A stretch of DNA of 45,787 bases from Desulfomonilia bacterium. Lineage in GTDB: Bacteria; Desulfobacterota; Desulfomonilia; UBA1062. Shown here one piece after another: positions 10,046 through 20,566 of this stretch. The position numbers and the translations under genes were made by a program. The stretch's first letter is position 1; each line of letters starts with the position of its first letter. The stretch lies in NCBI GenBank assembly GCA_050014195.1, contig JBEKDT010000024.1, positions 1-45,787 on the forward strand, given 5' to 3'. A model generated the notes under the pieces. It was not told the origin of the DNA, searched no databases, and saw only the letters and a program-made list of their open reading frames with translations.

Positions 10046-10281
10046 AATGCATGATCTGTTCCTCCTTGTTCCAGGATTACCTGGAAAACACGCTCTCCCA
10101 AGACATCATCGACGAGATGAACAACAATTTTCAACTCTGTGAAAAATGCAAAGTCTGCTTCAAGACCTACTCGCTCACCATCCGGCTCTCTCAAAAGATC
10201 GAGCAGCCCTGCTGCGTCAGCCCCGAGACAGTGGACAAACTGAGGCAGATGCTCATCGAGAGGTTCTTCTCGCGTCGCTAA
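10042..10281 (+). CDS. Small soluble ZAS/zf-HC2-like anti-sigma factor
   Basis: ATGA overlap with the sigma gene. MxC..L.DYLE..L pattern followed by CxxC (CEKC). The His of HxxxCxxC is Asn here. Confidence 0.8.
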   Translation: MKCMICSSLFQDYLENTLSQDIIDEMNNNFQLCEKCKVCFKTYSLTIRLSQKIEQPCCVSPETVDKLRQMLIERFFSRR

Positions 10282-10306
10282 GACTTTATTGGTTTCACAA
10301 GGGTTG

Positions 10307-10338
10307 AAAAAGAATCCTGCCCCGTGGGTTTTCTTTTT
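10307..10338 (+). terminator. Probable intrinsic terminator after the anti-sigma gene
   Basis: Imperfect stem AAAAAGAATCCTGC / GTGGGTTTTCTTTTT with T-rich tail. Confidence 0.45.
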
Positions 10339-10436
10339 GTACGCACTCAAGGCGCCCTGTTCATTTCTTTGCTTGATTCACACATTTTCTCCTTATCTCT
10401 TGACTCGTATGCGGATATCATCTTCACTGAGGGCTA

Positions 10437-11843
10437 ATGCTCGATAAACTGCTCAATACCATAAGCGCGCTGGGCCATTGGGGTTATGTGCTCATATTCC
10501 TGGCCCCCTTTCTCGAAAGCTCCGCCTTTCTGGGGCTGCTCGTGCCCGGGGAGAGCATCGTGGTTCTCTCAGGGTTCCTGGCTTCACACGGGTACCTCGA
10601 CTTGGGGGACTGCATCGTGGTGATCGCACTGGGGGCGGTCCTGGGCGACAGCACCGGGTATGCACTGGGCAAGGCCATGGGGAGGGATTATTTTGACAGG
10701 CACGAGCGGCTCTTCCTCTTCAAACGAAAACACCTGCAGAAGGTGGAGGCCTATTTCGCCAAGTATGGGGGCAAGACCATATTCTGGGGCAGGTTTGTCC
10801 ACCTGCTCCGGGCCATGACCCCTTTTGCAGCCGGCATGTCGGCCATGCCCTATAAAAGGTTCGCCTTTTTCAATGTGGCAGGCGGCATAGTCTGGGCGGT
10901 AACCTTCACCCTCCTGGGATATTTCTTCGGGCAGAGCTGGCGGCTCATCGAAAAGTGGGCAGGCCGGGCCGGGGTATTTGTTTTGTTCATGCTTCTGGTG
11001 GTCGCCGGGTTCGGTTATCTCTATGAGAAGCTCTCTGACAACCGGGAAGAGATAATCCGATGGTTCAAGGGGGTGCCATCATCGCCCTTCGTAACAAGAT
11101 TCGAGCAACAGCATCCCAAGGTCGTGGCCTTCATTGCACGGAGGCTCTCGCCAAACTCGTACCTGGGTCTTCATCTCACCGTAGGCATGGGCATAAGCAT
11201 AGTTCTCATCTGGATATTCGGCACTATCACCGAGGATATTCTCACCGGTGAGCCTTTCGTGGTGGTGGATCAATGGGTGGTGGAGAAGGTCCTGTACTTC
11301 AGGTCGCCGCTTGCTACGAATGTGATGGAGGTGGTTACTCAGCTTGGGGGAATAAGATTCATAGCACCAGGGGCCCTCATGGTCATTGTATACCTGCTGC
11401 TGAAAAGGCGTTTAGACATGGCAACAGTGTTTGCCGCGGCAATCGCCGGGGGCAACCTGCTTAACTCCGTAGTGAAAACAATAATACACCGGCCACGGCC
11501 AATCAGCACAACTACTCTGATCACGGCAAGCGGCTGGAGCTTCCCGAGCGGCCATGCAATGGCCTCCGTGTTATTCTACGGCATGACTGCCTACCTGCTG
11601 GTGCGCGCTGTAGATTCATTGAGACTTAAGACTTTCTTCGTGGCACTGGCCGGGTTCATCGTGTTCATTGTAGGCTTCAGCAGAATATACCTCCAGGTAC
11701 ATTACTTAAGTGATGTCCTTGCAGGTTATGTGGGCGGCCTCTTCTGGCTGAGCATCTGCATAACCGGCATCGAGATGTACCTTGTAAAGAGAAAGATCAT
11801 GGCACAACAGGCCCTGGAAGACAGCGAAACAAGGTCGGGTTGA
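10437..11843 (+). CDS. Bifunctional DedA / PAP2 family phosphatase membrane protein
   Basis: N-terminal DedA motifs (LESSAFLGLLVPGE, GDSTGY.LG, GRF). C-terminal PAP2 motifs KxxxxRPRP, SFPSGH, SRIYLQVHYLSDV. Confidence 0.93.
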   Translation: MLDKLLNTISALGHWGYVLIFLAPFLESSAFLGLLVPGESIVVLSGFLASHGYLDLGDCIVVIALGAVLGDSTGYALGKAMGRDYFDRHERLFLFKRKHLQKVEAYFAKYGGKTIFWGRFVHLLRAMTPFAAGMSAMPYKRFAFFNVAGGIVWAVTFTLLGYFFGQSWRLIEKWAGRAGVFVLFMLLVVAGFGYLYEKLSDNREEIIRWFKGVPSSPFVTRFEQQHPKVVAFIARRLSPNSYLGLHLTVGMGISIVLIWIFGTITEDILTGEPFVVVDQWVVEKVLYFRSPLATNVMEVVTQLGGIRFIAPGALMVIVYLLLKRRLDMATVFAAAIAGGNLLNSVVKTIIHRPRPISTTTLITASGWSFPSGHAMASVLFYGMTAYLLVRAVDSLRLKTFFVALAGFIVFIVGFSRIYLQVHYLSDVLAGYVGGLFWLSICITGIEMYLVKRKIMAQQALEDSETRSG

Positions 11844-11971
11844 TGCCCGCCTTGCTCCTCATAAACCGCTGACATGGGCCAACCAAAACTTCACATTCTT
11901 ATGGTATCCATGTATAACCTCCCCATCATGCCTGTTGCAGTGTAGTCGGCCGGACAAAAGAGGAGGCACTA

Positions 11972-14821
11972 TTGAGTTATTCTTGCCTTTCGGGGAAGAA
12001 GTATATCATTGCATTCCTGGCATGTGCGGCAATGATTCTCATATCGGCATTCCAGGCTTCGGCGCGGTATGATCCGGCACTAACGTGGTGTACGATACAG
12101 ACGGATAACTTCATCATCTATTATCCTGAAGGCCATGAATTGCTGGCCCAGCGCGTACTATCACTCTGTGAAAAGGTCCATAATGATATCACCGGATACT
12201 TAGGTGTTGAGCCGAGGGCCTGCCCGATTGTCCTTGATCCCGGCACTGATATCTTTAACGGGTTCATGGATGTATTTCCCAGCAGGATATCCTTGTTTGA
12301 AACTCCGCTTTATACCGTGCGGGGTTTCGGTCCGGGCTCCGACCTTATGGATCTCGTATTTACCCATGAATATACCCACTATGTGCATATTACAACCCGG
12401 CTCGGATGGTATGGAGAATTGACCAAGATTCTCGGGGACGGCCTCTCCATATCAAATGCCGTATCCCCCGGATGGGTCCTCGAGGGTATCACCACCAACA
12501 CCGAGACCATGTTCACCGATGGGGGTCGAGGGCGCTCTTCCCTTTTCAGGGGTGAGATGATGTCCTTCACGGAAGGGGAGGGCCTCTGGGGCCTCAACTC
12601 TGCAGCGGTATCGTCCCCCTACTCACCCCCCGGCTCAAGGATATACCTTGCCGGGTATTACATGGTTGATTATCTGAATCATACCTATGGGGAAGATGCA
12701 TTTGCGCGCTTAAGCCGGTACCAGGCCCGGCACCCCCTGGGGGGTACGGCGGAGGCCCTGGAACAGGTGACCGGGAAATCCCCGCAACAGTTTTATCTTG
12801 ATTTCTTAAGCGATTACCTGGCCTATGCACGTACGGTTAGAGAAAAGGCCCTTGCCGCAGGTCTGCCGGAGGGTAAGGTTGTGCTCACAGAAGCCGGGAG
12901 CCTGGACAGCTTTGAATCCCATTTCTGGACGGAGAAAGGAACCATTGTCTGCCTCAGGAGAGGCTATAATAAGAAGACCGCCTTGGTGGAGGTAGATCCC
13001 GGCAGCGGGAAGACCATCTCCGAGATCGAGACCGGCATCCTGGCGAACCTCTCGGCCCGGAGGCTCCCTGACGGGCGCCTTGTCTTGCCCGAGGTGTTCT
13101 ACCACCCCCTGGGGGAAGGCAGCATCGATACCACCGACCTCGTGATCTTCGACCCGAAGACACAAGAACACAAACGCATGACAAGGGATGCGCACATCTA
13201 TTCCGCAGATCTCTCCCCTGATGGAAAGACGTTTGTTGCAACACGAAGAAACGCCATGTGGATCGATCTGGTGCTCCTCAATGCAGACGGGACAAACATC
13301 AGGCCGCTTATCTCTAAGCCCGGGATGTATTTTGACGCCCCATGTTGGTCCCCGGACGGAAACCGTATTGCAGCCGTGGTGAAGAGCGGGCAAAACTCGG
13401 ATATCGTTCTTGTGGACCCTGCAACCGGGGCCATGGAGCTGCTCTTCAAATCCGATATCTCTGAAGACAACGAACCCGCCTTCTCTCCCGATGGAAAATG
13501 GATCGTCTTCTCATCAGACCGCAGCGGCGTCTGGAATATCTATGCATGGAGTCTGACAGAAAAAAGGCTCTTCCAGCTGACATCGGTCCCCTATGTGGCA
13601 GGAGACCCCCACATATCTCCGGATGGGAAGAGCTTGTCATTCTCAAACATGATTCGAGGAGTAAAGCAGGTCTGTACCTTGCCCTTCAATCCATCGGCAG
13701 GCAAACCGGTGGATGTGAAACAGGCGTCTGTTATCGAACAGCCCGACCTGAAACGCCTGCAGCCGGAGGTCACATTCACCGGTACCAAGGGCATCCCCTT
13801 GCAGGCTTACAAGCCCTTTATCCATGTCCCCTATGTAAGCTCTGATGAAAAGGGGACTCAGGCCGGGGTACTCCTCATGGGGGCCGATCCGGTCGGGATA
13901 AATTCCTATATGGTGAACCTCCTGTATGGGTTTAAATCAGACCGGGCCGGGTATGACATCAATCTCACCAACAAATCGTTCTGGCCTACTTTCACGGCAC
14001 GGATATATGACACATCGGTTGAAGGCAACACCATCGGTAACGGCAAAGATTTCTGGTACCGGGAGAGGGGCGGTGAGCTCTCTGTCGGCATGAATCTCAT
14101 CCATCAGATAGTGCCGAGCACGATCACATCATCATTTCGCATAGGACCCCGCTTAAGGTATTTCAGCAGCCTGGATGACAAGATCAATATCCCTGATGAC
14201 GAGGATCAATCGGTCGGGGCCTTCGGTGAGTTCAAGCTGTCCAGGATGCCGGATTCGGCGCAAAGGGACATGGTTTCTTCCTGGGGGGAAGATCTCTCCC
14301 TTTCCTATGAAAAGGGGTTGTCAAACCTGGGCGGGGAGATCCCGGGCTATAATGGTATTGTTTCACTCACACAATATGTGCCGTCTTATTTCGAACACCA
14401 GGGTCTGGCATTGACGCTCACCCACCAAGCCCAGAACGGCCTCCTTTACTATAACAAGGATCTGAGCATCCCCAGGGGGTATCATGATTACGACTCGCAG
14501 GGGGATCTTGATAAGCGGAAGAACCTCCTGATGTCCGCCGAGTATCATTTCCCGATTATCTATACCGATGGCGGGGTGGGTCTCTATGCATACCATAGCG
14601 ATCTTTTGAAAGGTTCTCTCTTTATAGACTACGGTGCAGGATGGGACGGCGGGTTCGATTGGGATTCATGGAACAGAATGGCCAGGACATCTGTGGGTGC
14701 GACATTGACAAACAAGTGTGTGCTTTTTGCGCTCCTGCCTGTTGAATTCGGAATACAGGCCGGGTACAAGACCCATGAAGGGGAAGGCTTCGCGAATTTC
14801 ATCTTTAAGGTCGGGTTGTAG
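11972..14821 (+). CDS. Exported protein: HExxH peptidase-like domain, PD40/TolB-like propeller and probable C-terminal beta-barrel
   Basis: Signal peptide, HEYTH followed by WVLEG, repeated WSPDG/FSPDG/LSPDG, aromatic-rich alternating C-terminal region. Confidence 0.8.
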   Translation: MSYSCLSGKKYIIAFLACAAMILISAFQASARYDPALTWCTIQTDNFIIYYPEGHELLAQRVLSLCEKVHNDITGYLGVEPRACPIVLDPGTDIFNGFMDVFPSRISLFETPLYTVRGFGPGSDLMDLVFTHEYTHYVHITTRLGWYGELTKILGDGLSISNAVSPGWVLEGITTNTETMFTDGGRGRSSLFRGEMMSFTEGEGLWGLNSAAVSSPYSPPGSRIYLAGYYMVDYLNHTYGEDAFARLSRYQARHPLGGTAEALEQVTGKSPQQFYLDFLSDYLAYARTVREKALAAGLPEGKVVLTEAGSLDSFESHFWTEKGTIVCLRRGYNKKTALVEVDPGSGKTISEIETGILANLSARRLPDGRLVLPEVFYHPLGEGSIDTTDLVIFDPKTQEHKRMTRDAHIYSADLSPDGKTFVATRRNAMWIDLVLLNADGTNIRPLISKPGMYFDAPCWSPDGNRIAAVVKSGQNSDIVLVDPATGAMELLFKSDISEDNEPAFSPDGKWIVFSSDRSGVWNIYAWSLTEKRLFQLTSVPYVAGDPHISPDGKSLSFSNMIRGVKQVCTLPFNPSAGKPVDVKQASVIEQPDLKRLQPEVTFTGTKGIPLQAYKPFIHVPYVSSDEKGTQAGVLLMGADPVGINSYMVNLLYGFKSDRAGYDINLTNKSFWPTFTARIYDTSVEGNTIGNGKDFWYRERGGELSVGMNLIHQIVPSTITSSFRIGPRLRYFSSLDDKINIPDDEDQSVGAFGEFKLSRMPDSAQRDMVSSWGEDLSLSYEKGLSNLGGEIPGYNGIVSLTQYVPSYFEHQGLALTLTHQAQNGLLYYNKDLSIPRGYHDYDSQGDLDKRKNLLMSAEYHFPIIYTDGGVGLYAYHSDLLKGSLFIDYGAGWDGGFDWDSWNRMARTSVGATLTNKCVLFALLPVEFGIQAGYKTHEGEGFANFIFKVGL

Positions 14822-14896
14822 TCATCAGTGCATTCTAAGATAAGATATGCACATGAGTGGTCTTTGGTAGGATCGGAATTATTATAATAAAAGCAC

Positions 14897-16051
14897 ATGA
14901 ACACACAAAATGAGATGATGCCCTCTCCAGGAGCAGTCAGCTTCAGCCGGGTAGATGATGAGACCCTGCTTGTCCAACTGAAAGGAGTCTGGAAAATCGG
15001 GAAGGAACTGCCTTCTGCAAATGAGGTCATGGATAATGCTGCCCTGAGGCCCACTACACACCTTATAACATTCGACTGCTCAGGGCTTGATGCCTGGGAC
15101 AGCAGCCTTCTGGCATTCATCGTTCATGTGCAGAATCGTTGTTCACTCACCGGGATCAAGCTGGCAATTGAGAGTCTTCCACAAGGGATCGTGCGTCTTT
15201 TAAAACTTGCTTCGGAGTTTAAAGAGCTGGAAGGCCTGCCTGATAAAAGGGCCCAAGTATCCTTCCTGGCCTCTATCGGAGAGCGTTCATTCAGTTCGGT
15301 TCGTTATTTTCTTAGCGTTCTTGAGTTCATAGGCGAAGCCTTTGTGGCCTTTCTCAAGCTTCTCACAGGGAGCGCCCGCTACCGCCGATCAGATATGGGC
15401 CTTTTAGTCTACGAATGTGGGCCGCAGGCCCTGCCTATTGTATCCCTTATCAGTGTGCTTGTCGGCCTCATCCTTGGCTTTGTAGGCGTGGTCCAATTAA
15501 GGATATTCGGAGCCCAGATCTATATTGCAAATCTCGTTGGGATCGGAATGGCTCGGGAAATGGGCGCAATGATGACGGCAATCATTATGATGGGTCGAAC
15601 CGGCGCTGCTTTTGCCACCCAGCTCGGCACAATGGAGGCTGGCGAGGAGATCGATGCGTTGAAGACCCTGGGGATTTCACCCATGGAATTCTTGGTCATG
15701 CCGCGCATGCTCGCGTTGATTTTGATGATGCCGCTGCTGTGTGTATATGCGGACATTGTGGGGATTATGGGGGGTGCATTCGTGGGGGTGGGCATGTACG
15801 ACATCTCTCTTTCCCAGTATTTTGAGCAGACACGTTCCGCGCTCAACCTTACCCATTTTTCAATCGGGGTGATCAAGAGTATAGCCTTTGCAATCCTCAT
15901 TGCCATATCGGGTTGTTTCCATGGGATGCGTGCAGACCGGAGCGCCTCTGCAGTAGGGTATGCAGCAACCAGGGCTGTCGTCACGGGTATTGTCTTAATC
16001 GTGGTTACAGACGGTATCTTTGCCATCATCACGAGTGTTCTTGGTATATAA
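14897..16051 (+). CDS. MlaE family ABC permease with N-terminal STAS-like domain
   Basis: D.SGL..WDSS STAS-like segment, REMGAMMTAI..GRTGAA, EEIDALKTLG, VGYAATRAVV. Confidence 0.92.
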   Translation: MNTQNEMMPSPGAVSFSRVDDETLLVQLKGVWKIGKELPSANEVMDNAALRPTTHLITFDCSGLDAWDSSLLAFIVHVQNRCSLTGIKLAIESLPQGIVRLLKLASEFKELEGLPDKRAQVSFLASIGERSFSSVRYFLSVLEFIGEAFVAFLKLLTGSARYRRSDMGLLVYECGPQALPIVSLISVLVGLILGFVGVVQLRIFGAQIYIANLVGIGMAREMGAMMTAIIMMGRTGAAFATQLGTMEAGEEIDALKTLGISPMEFLVMPRMLALILMMPLLCVYADIVGIMGGAFVGVGMYDISLSQYFEQTRSALNLTHFSIGVIKSIAFAILIAISGCFHGMRADRSASAVGYAATRAVVTGIVLIVVTDGIFAIITSVLGI

Positions 16052-16078
16052 GATATGACACACGAGATATGACACACG
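16051..16078 (+). repeat. Perfect 14-bp tandem duplication AGATATGACACACG x2
   Basis: Copies at 16051-16064 and 16065-16078, spanning the ATPase start codon. Confidence 0.95.
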
Positions 16079-16869
16079 CCCAAAAAGAGCTTTCCAAGAA
16101 TGATGTTCACATCACGGTTGACGATGTCACCTTGGCCTATGACAGTTATCTTGTCTTGAAAGACTTGAGCTTCACCATAGCCCGCGGAGATATATTTATC
16201 ATCATGGGCGGTAACGGTTGCGGAAAAAGCACGTTGCTGAAGATCATGATCGGCCTGAAACCCCCTGCAAAAGGACGGGTGTTCTATGATGATATCAGTT
16301 TCTGGGATGCAGATCCGCATGTCCGTAATCGCATATTGAAACGTGTCGGGATTCTCTATCAGAGAAATGCGCTGTGGAGCTCCATGACGCTGGCGGAAAA
16401 TATTGCGCTGCCGCTTGAAGAGTATACGGAGCTCGGCTCAAGACAGGTCGGTGAAATTGTATCCCTCAAGCTTTCACTCGTCGGGCTCACTGGTTTCGAA
16501 GATTATTATCCATCTGAGATAAGTGGCGGGATGCAGAAGCGGGCGGCTCTTGCAAGGGCCATGGCCCTTGACCCTGAGATCCTTTTTTTTGATGAGCCTT
16601 CAGCAGGGCTTGATCCTTTAAACGCCCGCCTCCTGGATGATTTGATTCTTGAACTCAGTGAAAGTCAAAAGACTACGGTGGTTGTCATCACTCATGATCT
16701 CTCAAGCATATTTGCCATAGGGAATAACTCCATTTTCCTTGATCCTGAAGCAAAGACGATCATAGCTTCCGGAAACCCCAAGAATTTGATGGATAATTCT
16801 CAAGATCCCAGGGTGCAGACATTCCTTACACGGGGGCATTCGGATCCCAAGTACTATTCGAGATGCTGA
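16069..16869 (+). CDS. MlaF-type ABC ATP-binding protein
   Basis: Walker A GGNGCGKST, signature ISGGMQKR, Walker B FFDEPSAGLD. Start reassigned to ATG 16069. Confidence 0.92.
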   Translation: MTHAQKELSKNDVHITVDDVTLAYDSYLVLKDLSFTIARGDIFIIMGGNGCGKSTLLKIMIGLKPPAKGRVFYDDISFWDADPHVRNRILKRVGILYQRNALWSSMTLAENIALPLEEYTELGSRQVGEIVSLKLSLVGLTGFEDYYPSEISGGMQKRAALARAMALDPEILFFDEPSAGLDPLNARLLDDLILELSESQKTTVVVITHDLSSIFAIGNNSIFLDPEAKTIIASGNPKNLMDNSQDPRVQTFLTRGHSDPKYYSRC

Positions 16870-16904
16870 GGTCATTACCTATCGAGAGAAAAGGATAAGA
16901 CGAG

Positions 16905-17882
16905 ATGATCAAAAAACCAAACAGAACATTAATCGGCGCTTTTGTCTTAGGTGCGGTCATCCTCGTCATGATCGGGGTTATGACGTTCGGTGCAGGAAGG
17001 TATTTTATCAAGCAGCCTACCTTTGTCATGTTTTTCGAGGGGTCGGTAAAGGGACTCAATGTGGGTGCCCCTGTAGTGTTCAAAGGGGTGAAGGTCGGAA
17101 AGGTCACTGACATCAGTCTGCGTCTAAATCCCGATTCGAAGTCCGTCATCATATCGGTCCTTGCCGAGCTTGACACACACAGTATAACAAGGACCCAAGG
17201 CAGGATCGACGCGCAGGATTTTTTCAAACTCCTGCTGCGGCAGGGGCTTAAAGCCCAACTCCAGTTACAGAACCTGCTGACAGGCCAGCTTGTTGTAGAA
17301 CTCGACTTTCACCCGGAGAAAAAAGCGAAACTGGTCAAGACCGATATACCCTATCCCGAGATCCCGACAATACCTTCAAGCCTGGAAGAGTTCACCAAGA
17401 CAGTTGAAAAGCTGCCCCTCGAACAGCTTATCAATAAACTGACATCGGCAATCGATGGTATGGAACGTGCTGCGACATCACCGGAATTGATGAAGAGCAT
17501 CCATTCTCTGAACCTAGCCCTTGAAGATGTGCGAAGGCTTATTGAGAATATTAACAGTAACGTTGCACCCATAGCGTCTGATATAAAAGGGACGTTGGAT
17601 GATTCAAGAAAAATGGTGCAGAAATTCGACAAGAACTCATCATCAGTTGAGGCCAGTATCGAGCAAACGTCCGAAGCTGCCCGTGCAGCCATGGTGCAGG
17701 CCGAGAAGACATTCAAGGCTTTAGAACATGCGAGTTCGGGAGACTCGTCTGTAGTGCATCAACTCTCCCAAACCCTCGAGGATATATCTGCTGCCGCCGA
17801 CTCACTCCGAACCCTGTCCGACTATCTCAACCGCCATCCCGAGGCGTTATTACGCGGCAAGAAAAAAATTAAGGAAGAATAA
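16905..17882 (+). CDS. MlaD/MCE family protein (PqiB-like C-terminal helices)
   Basis: IGAFVL TM segment, F..SV.GL.VGAPV.FKGVKVG.V MCE motif, C-terminal LNRHPEALLRGK. Confidence 0.92.
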   Translation: MIKKPNRTLIGAFVLGAVILVMIGVMTFGAGRYFIKQPTFVMFFEGSVKGLNVGAPVVFKGVKVGKVTDISLRLNPDSKSVIISVLAELDTHSITRTQGRIDAQDFFKLLLRQGLKAQLQLQNLLTGQLVVELDFHPEKKAKLVKTDIPYPEIPTIPSSLEEFTKTVEKLPLEQLINKLTSAIDGMERAATSPELMKSIHSLNLALEDVRRLIENINSNVAPIASDIKGTLDDSRKMVQKFDKNSSSVEASIEQTSEAARAAMVQAEKTFKALEHASSGDSSVVHQLSQTLEDISAAADSLRTLSDYLNRHPEALLRGKKKIKEE

Positions 17883-17886
17883 GATC

Positions 17887-18510
17887 ATGAACGCACGGAG
17901 CTTGATACCTTCAATCATCATCTGCATTATTTCAATTCTACTGAACGGATGTGCAACTTCACAACCTTCAAGGTTTTATGTCTTGAATGTCCTTGAACGT
18001 CCTCAGATGGAAAACTCTCAGGCCTGTAAAAATGAGAGCATCATCACGATAGGGATCAATCCTATAAATCTGCCGCGCTATCTTGACCGGCCGCAAATCA
18101 TCACAAGGGTCAATGATAATGAGTATAAGCTCTCTGAGCTTAATCTATGGGCCGAGCCGTTAAAGAACTCTATCCCTCGTATAATCGCGCAAAACTTGAA
18201 TACATTGCTGTGTGCCGATACGGTGATCTTTCCATGGGCAGGATTTAAACAGTTCGACTACAGACTTTCCGCTGAGGTGATTCGCCTTGATGGCACCCTT
18301 GGTGGACAGGCTTTTCTTGAAGTACAATGGTCCATATCTGATGAACGGGCTCAAAAGATTTTAATCACAAAGAATTCACGATACAGCGAGCCTATCAGAT
18401 CACAAGATTACCATGCACTTGCGTATGCCTATAGTCGAGTACTCTCGGCTTTCAGCCAAGAGATAGCCGATACATTCAAACCCATTTCACAAGGTAAGTC
18501 TCATCCATGA
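17887..18510 (+). CDS. PqiC family lipoprotein (ABC auxiliary component)
   Basis: Lipobox LNGC, RFYVL, LPRYLDRPQI, WAEPL. Confidence 0.88.
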   Translation: MNARSLIPSIIICIISILLNGCATSQPSRFYVLNVLERPQMENSQACKNESIITIGINPINLPRYLDRPQIITRVNDNEYKLSELNLWAEPLKNSIPRIIAQNLNTLLCADTVIFPWAGFKQFDYRLSAEVIRLDGTLGGQAFLEVQWSISDERAQKILITKNSRYSEPIRSQDYHALAYAYSRVLSAFSQEIADTFKPISQGKSHP

Positions 18511-18881
18511 AGAAAGGGAAATGATCCTTATATTCCTCAAGGCAATATGCCTCCCCCAAGCTAGGGCCTATTGCCTGCTGAAGTCATAAGCAGCAGGCCA
18601 ATGTCAGATGGCGTGTAAAAGTTCAGTAAAATAGACCTGTATGGGTCATATGTTGATTGCATTTATCAAAGAACGGGCATAATGTCGCACCCGAGGTCAA
18701 GTTCAGGAATTTCCTGGACATGTTGCTATGGGATTATAAGGGTAGTGCCGGGTCACTGATTTATCATAACTCATACGTGCCTGGATGAATCCTGATAAGA
18801 CAAGACTCTGCCACCCAAAACCATAGTTTGATAGTCTGGCAACGCGTCCTCGTAATACCGGTAAAGGATGCATATTTTATA

Positions 18882-20483
18882 ATGAAGATCGCACTCGTTA
18901 TACCCAAGAACAGCTCCGATGGGTCAAGGAGCTTCTACGACTATAAGTTCTATGCGGAATTTCTGCTATCCAAGAGATACATCTCATATCTCCTGGCTAT
19001 CCCCACCCTGGCATCATTAACACCGGCACACCATGAGATCAGGGTGTTCGATGAAAACATCGAAGAGATAGATTATGACTGGGGTGCAGACCTAGCAGGG
19101 ATCAGTGTCAGGACCATGTATGCCAATAGGGCCTATGCGATATCCCGGAATTTCCGGAATAGAGGAATAAGGACCGTCTTAGGGGGCATACATCCATCCA
19201 TGTGCCCGGAAGAGGCCCTCCAATATTGCGACAGCGTGGTTATCGGCGAAGCAGAGGATGTCTGGGGCACACTCCTGAAGGATGCCGAAAAAGGAACCCT
19301 GAAGAGGCTCTACAAGGCAGATGCATTCACGAACCTGCAATCTTCTCCCGCTATCGACAGATCATCCCTTTCACGAGAGAAATACCTGCAGAATATCGTA
19401 CAGACCACGAAAGGGTGCCCGTTCCATTGTGAATTCTGCTCGGTGTATGCCTTTGACGGTCAAAAGATCAGGAGTAAGACCATCGAGCAGGTAATTGCAG
19501 AGATTCAAGACATCAACATCACCGGATCCAGATATAAAAAGAAGAACGCCATCTTCTTTGCCGACGACAATATCATTGCCAACAAAAAGTTCGCCCGGGA
19601 GCTGTTTGAAGCCCTCAGGCCACACAATATCAACTGGTCGTGCCAGGCCTCAATCAATATCTCCCAAGAGGATGAGCTCTTAGGCCTGATGAGAGACAGC
19701 GGGTGCGGGGCCATCCTGATCGGGTTTGAATCCATTTCCCAAAAAAACCTGAAGGCAATGCACAAGGAGATCAATCAGCGGTATGATTATGCCGAGGCAA
19801 TAAAGAAGATACAGTCATATGGGATAATGGTTCACAGTGCCTTTATCGTAGGCTATGATTTTGATTCAGAAGCGGTCTTCGATGAGTTGATCGACTTTAT
19901 CCAGGATACCAACCTCCTCATGCCGCTCATCAATGTCCTCACCCCCTTCCCGGGAACAGAGCTCTTCAAGCGTCTCGAAAAAGAGGGTCGGCTCCTCCAC
20001 AAGGATTGGAGCGGGTATGACGCAAAGCATGTTGTCTTTAAGCACCCCAGCCTATCCGCCGAGGAGATCTCTGATGGATATGGGAGAATCGTGAGGGCGG
20101 TGTACTCTTTTGACTCTATCTGGAAGAAGCTGAACTATTACTGGGATATCGACTTCTGGAAACGCTCCAATGAGCTCGACCCGGTGAAGTTCTCTTGGCG
20201 GCTCATCTTTGCGCTGCGGCTGGCCACCCTGCTTTTTTCACGTAATAAAGACCGCTCAAGGTTCATCATGAAGATATTGCCCAAGGTATTTAAAAAGAGC
20301 GTCAGGATATCCACCATCCTCACCCTGATGGCATACAATGATTATGCATACAGTCTTGAGAGCGGGCGCCGTCAAATATTGGAGGTGGTTGCTGATCGGG
20401 TCGAGACAGTTATGAATCCGATAAGTCCCGTTCCACATCTCCACAATCACCCGCCACAGCCTCCAATCAGCCACGAGGCGTGA
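18882..20483 (+). CDS. B12-binding-domain radical SAM protein
   Basis: N-terminal B12-binding fold (DENIE, GIS, VLGGIHPS, VVIGEAE), TTKGCPFHCEFC CxxxCxxC, FFADDN, IGFES, TPFPGT. Start at ATG 18882. Confidence 0.92.
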   Translation: MKIALVIPKNSSDGSRSFYDYKFYAEFLLSKRYISYLLAIPTLASLTPAHHEIRVFDENIEEIDYDWGADLAGISVRTMYANRAYAISRNFRNRGIRTVLGGIHPSMCPEEALQYCDSVVIGEAEDVWGTLLKDAEKGTLKRLYKADAFTNLQSSPAIDRSSLSREKYLQNIVQTTKGCPFHCEFCSVYAFDGQKIRSKTIEQVIAEIQDINITGSRYKKKNAIFFADDNIIANKKFARELFEALRPHNINWSCQASINISQEDELLGLMRDSGCGAILIGFESISQKNLKAMHKEINQRYDYAEAIKKIQSYGIMVHSAFIVGYDFDSEAVFDELIDFIQDTNLLMPLINVLTPFPGTELFKRLEKEGRLLHKDWSGYDAKHVVFKHPSLSAEEISDGYGRIVRAVYSFDSIWKKLNYYWDIDFWKRSNELDPVKFSWRLIFALRLATLLFSRNKDRSRFIMKILPKVFKKSVRISTILTLMAYNDYAYSLESGRRQILEVVADRVETVMNPISPVPHLHNHPPQPPISHEA

Positions 20484-20566
20484 GATAACCTCATTATAAT
20501 GGGTATTGCCGCATCGGCAACCTGAAGATTGTCTCCTCGCCATGACCTGATGAAGATTCCCTCAGA

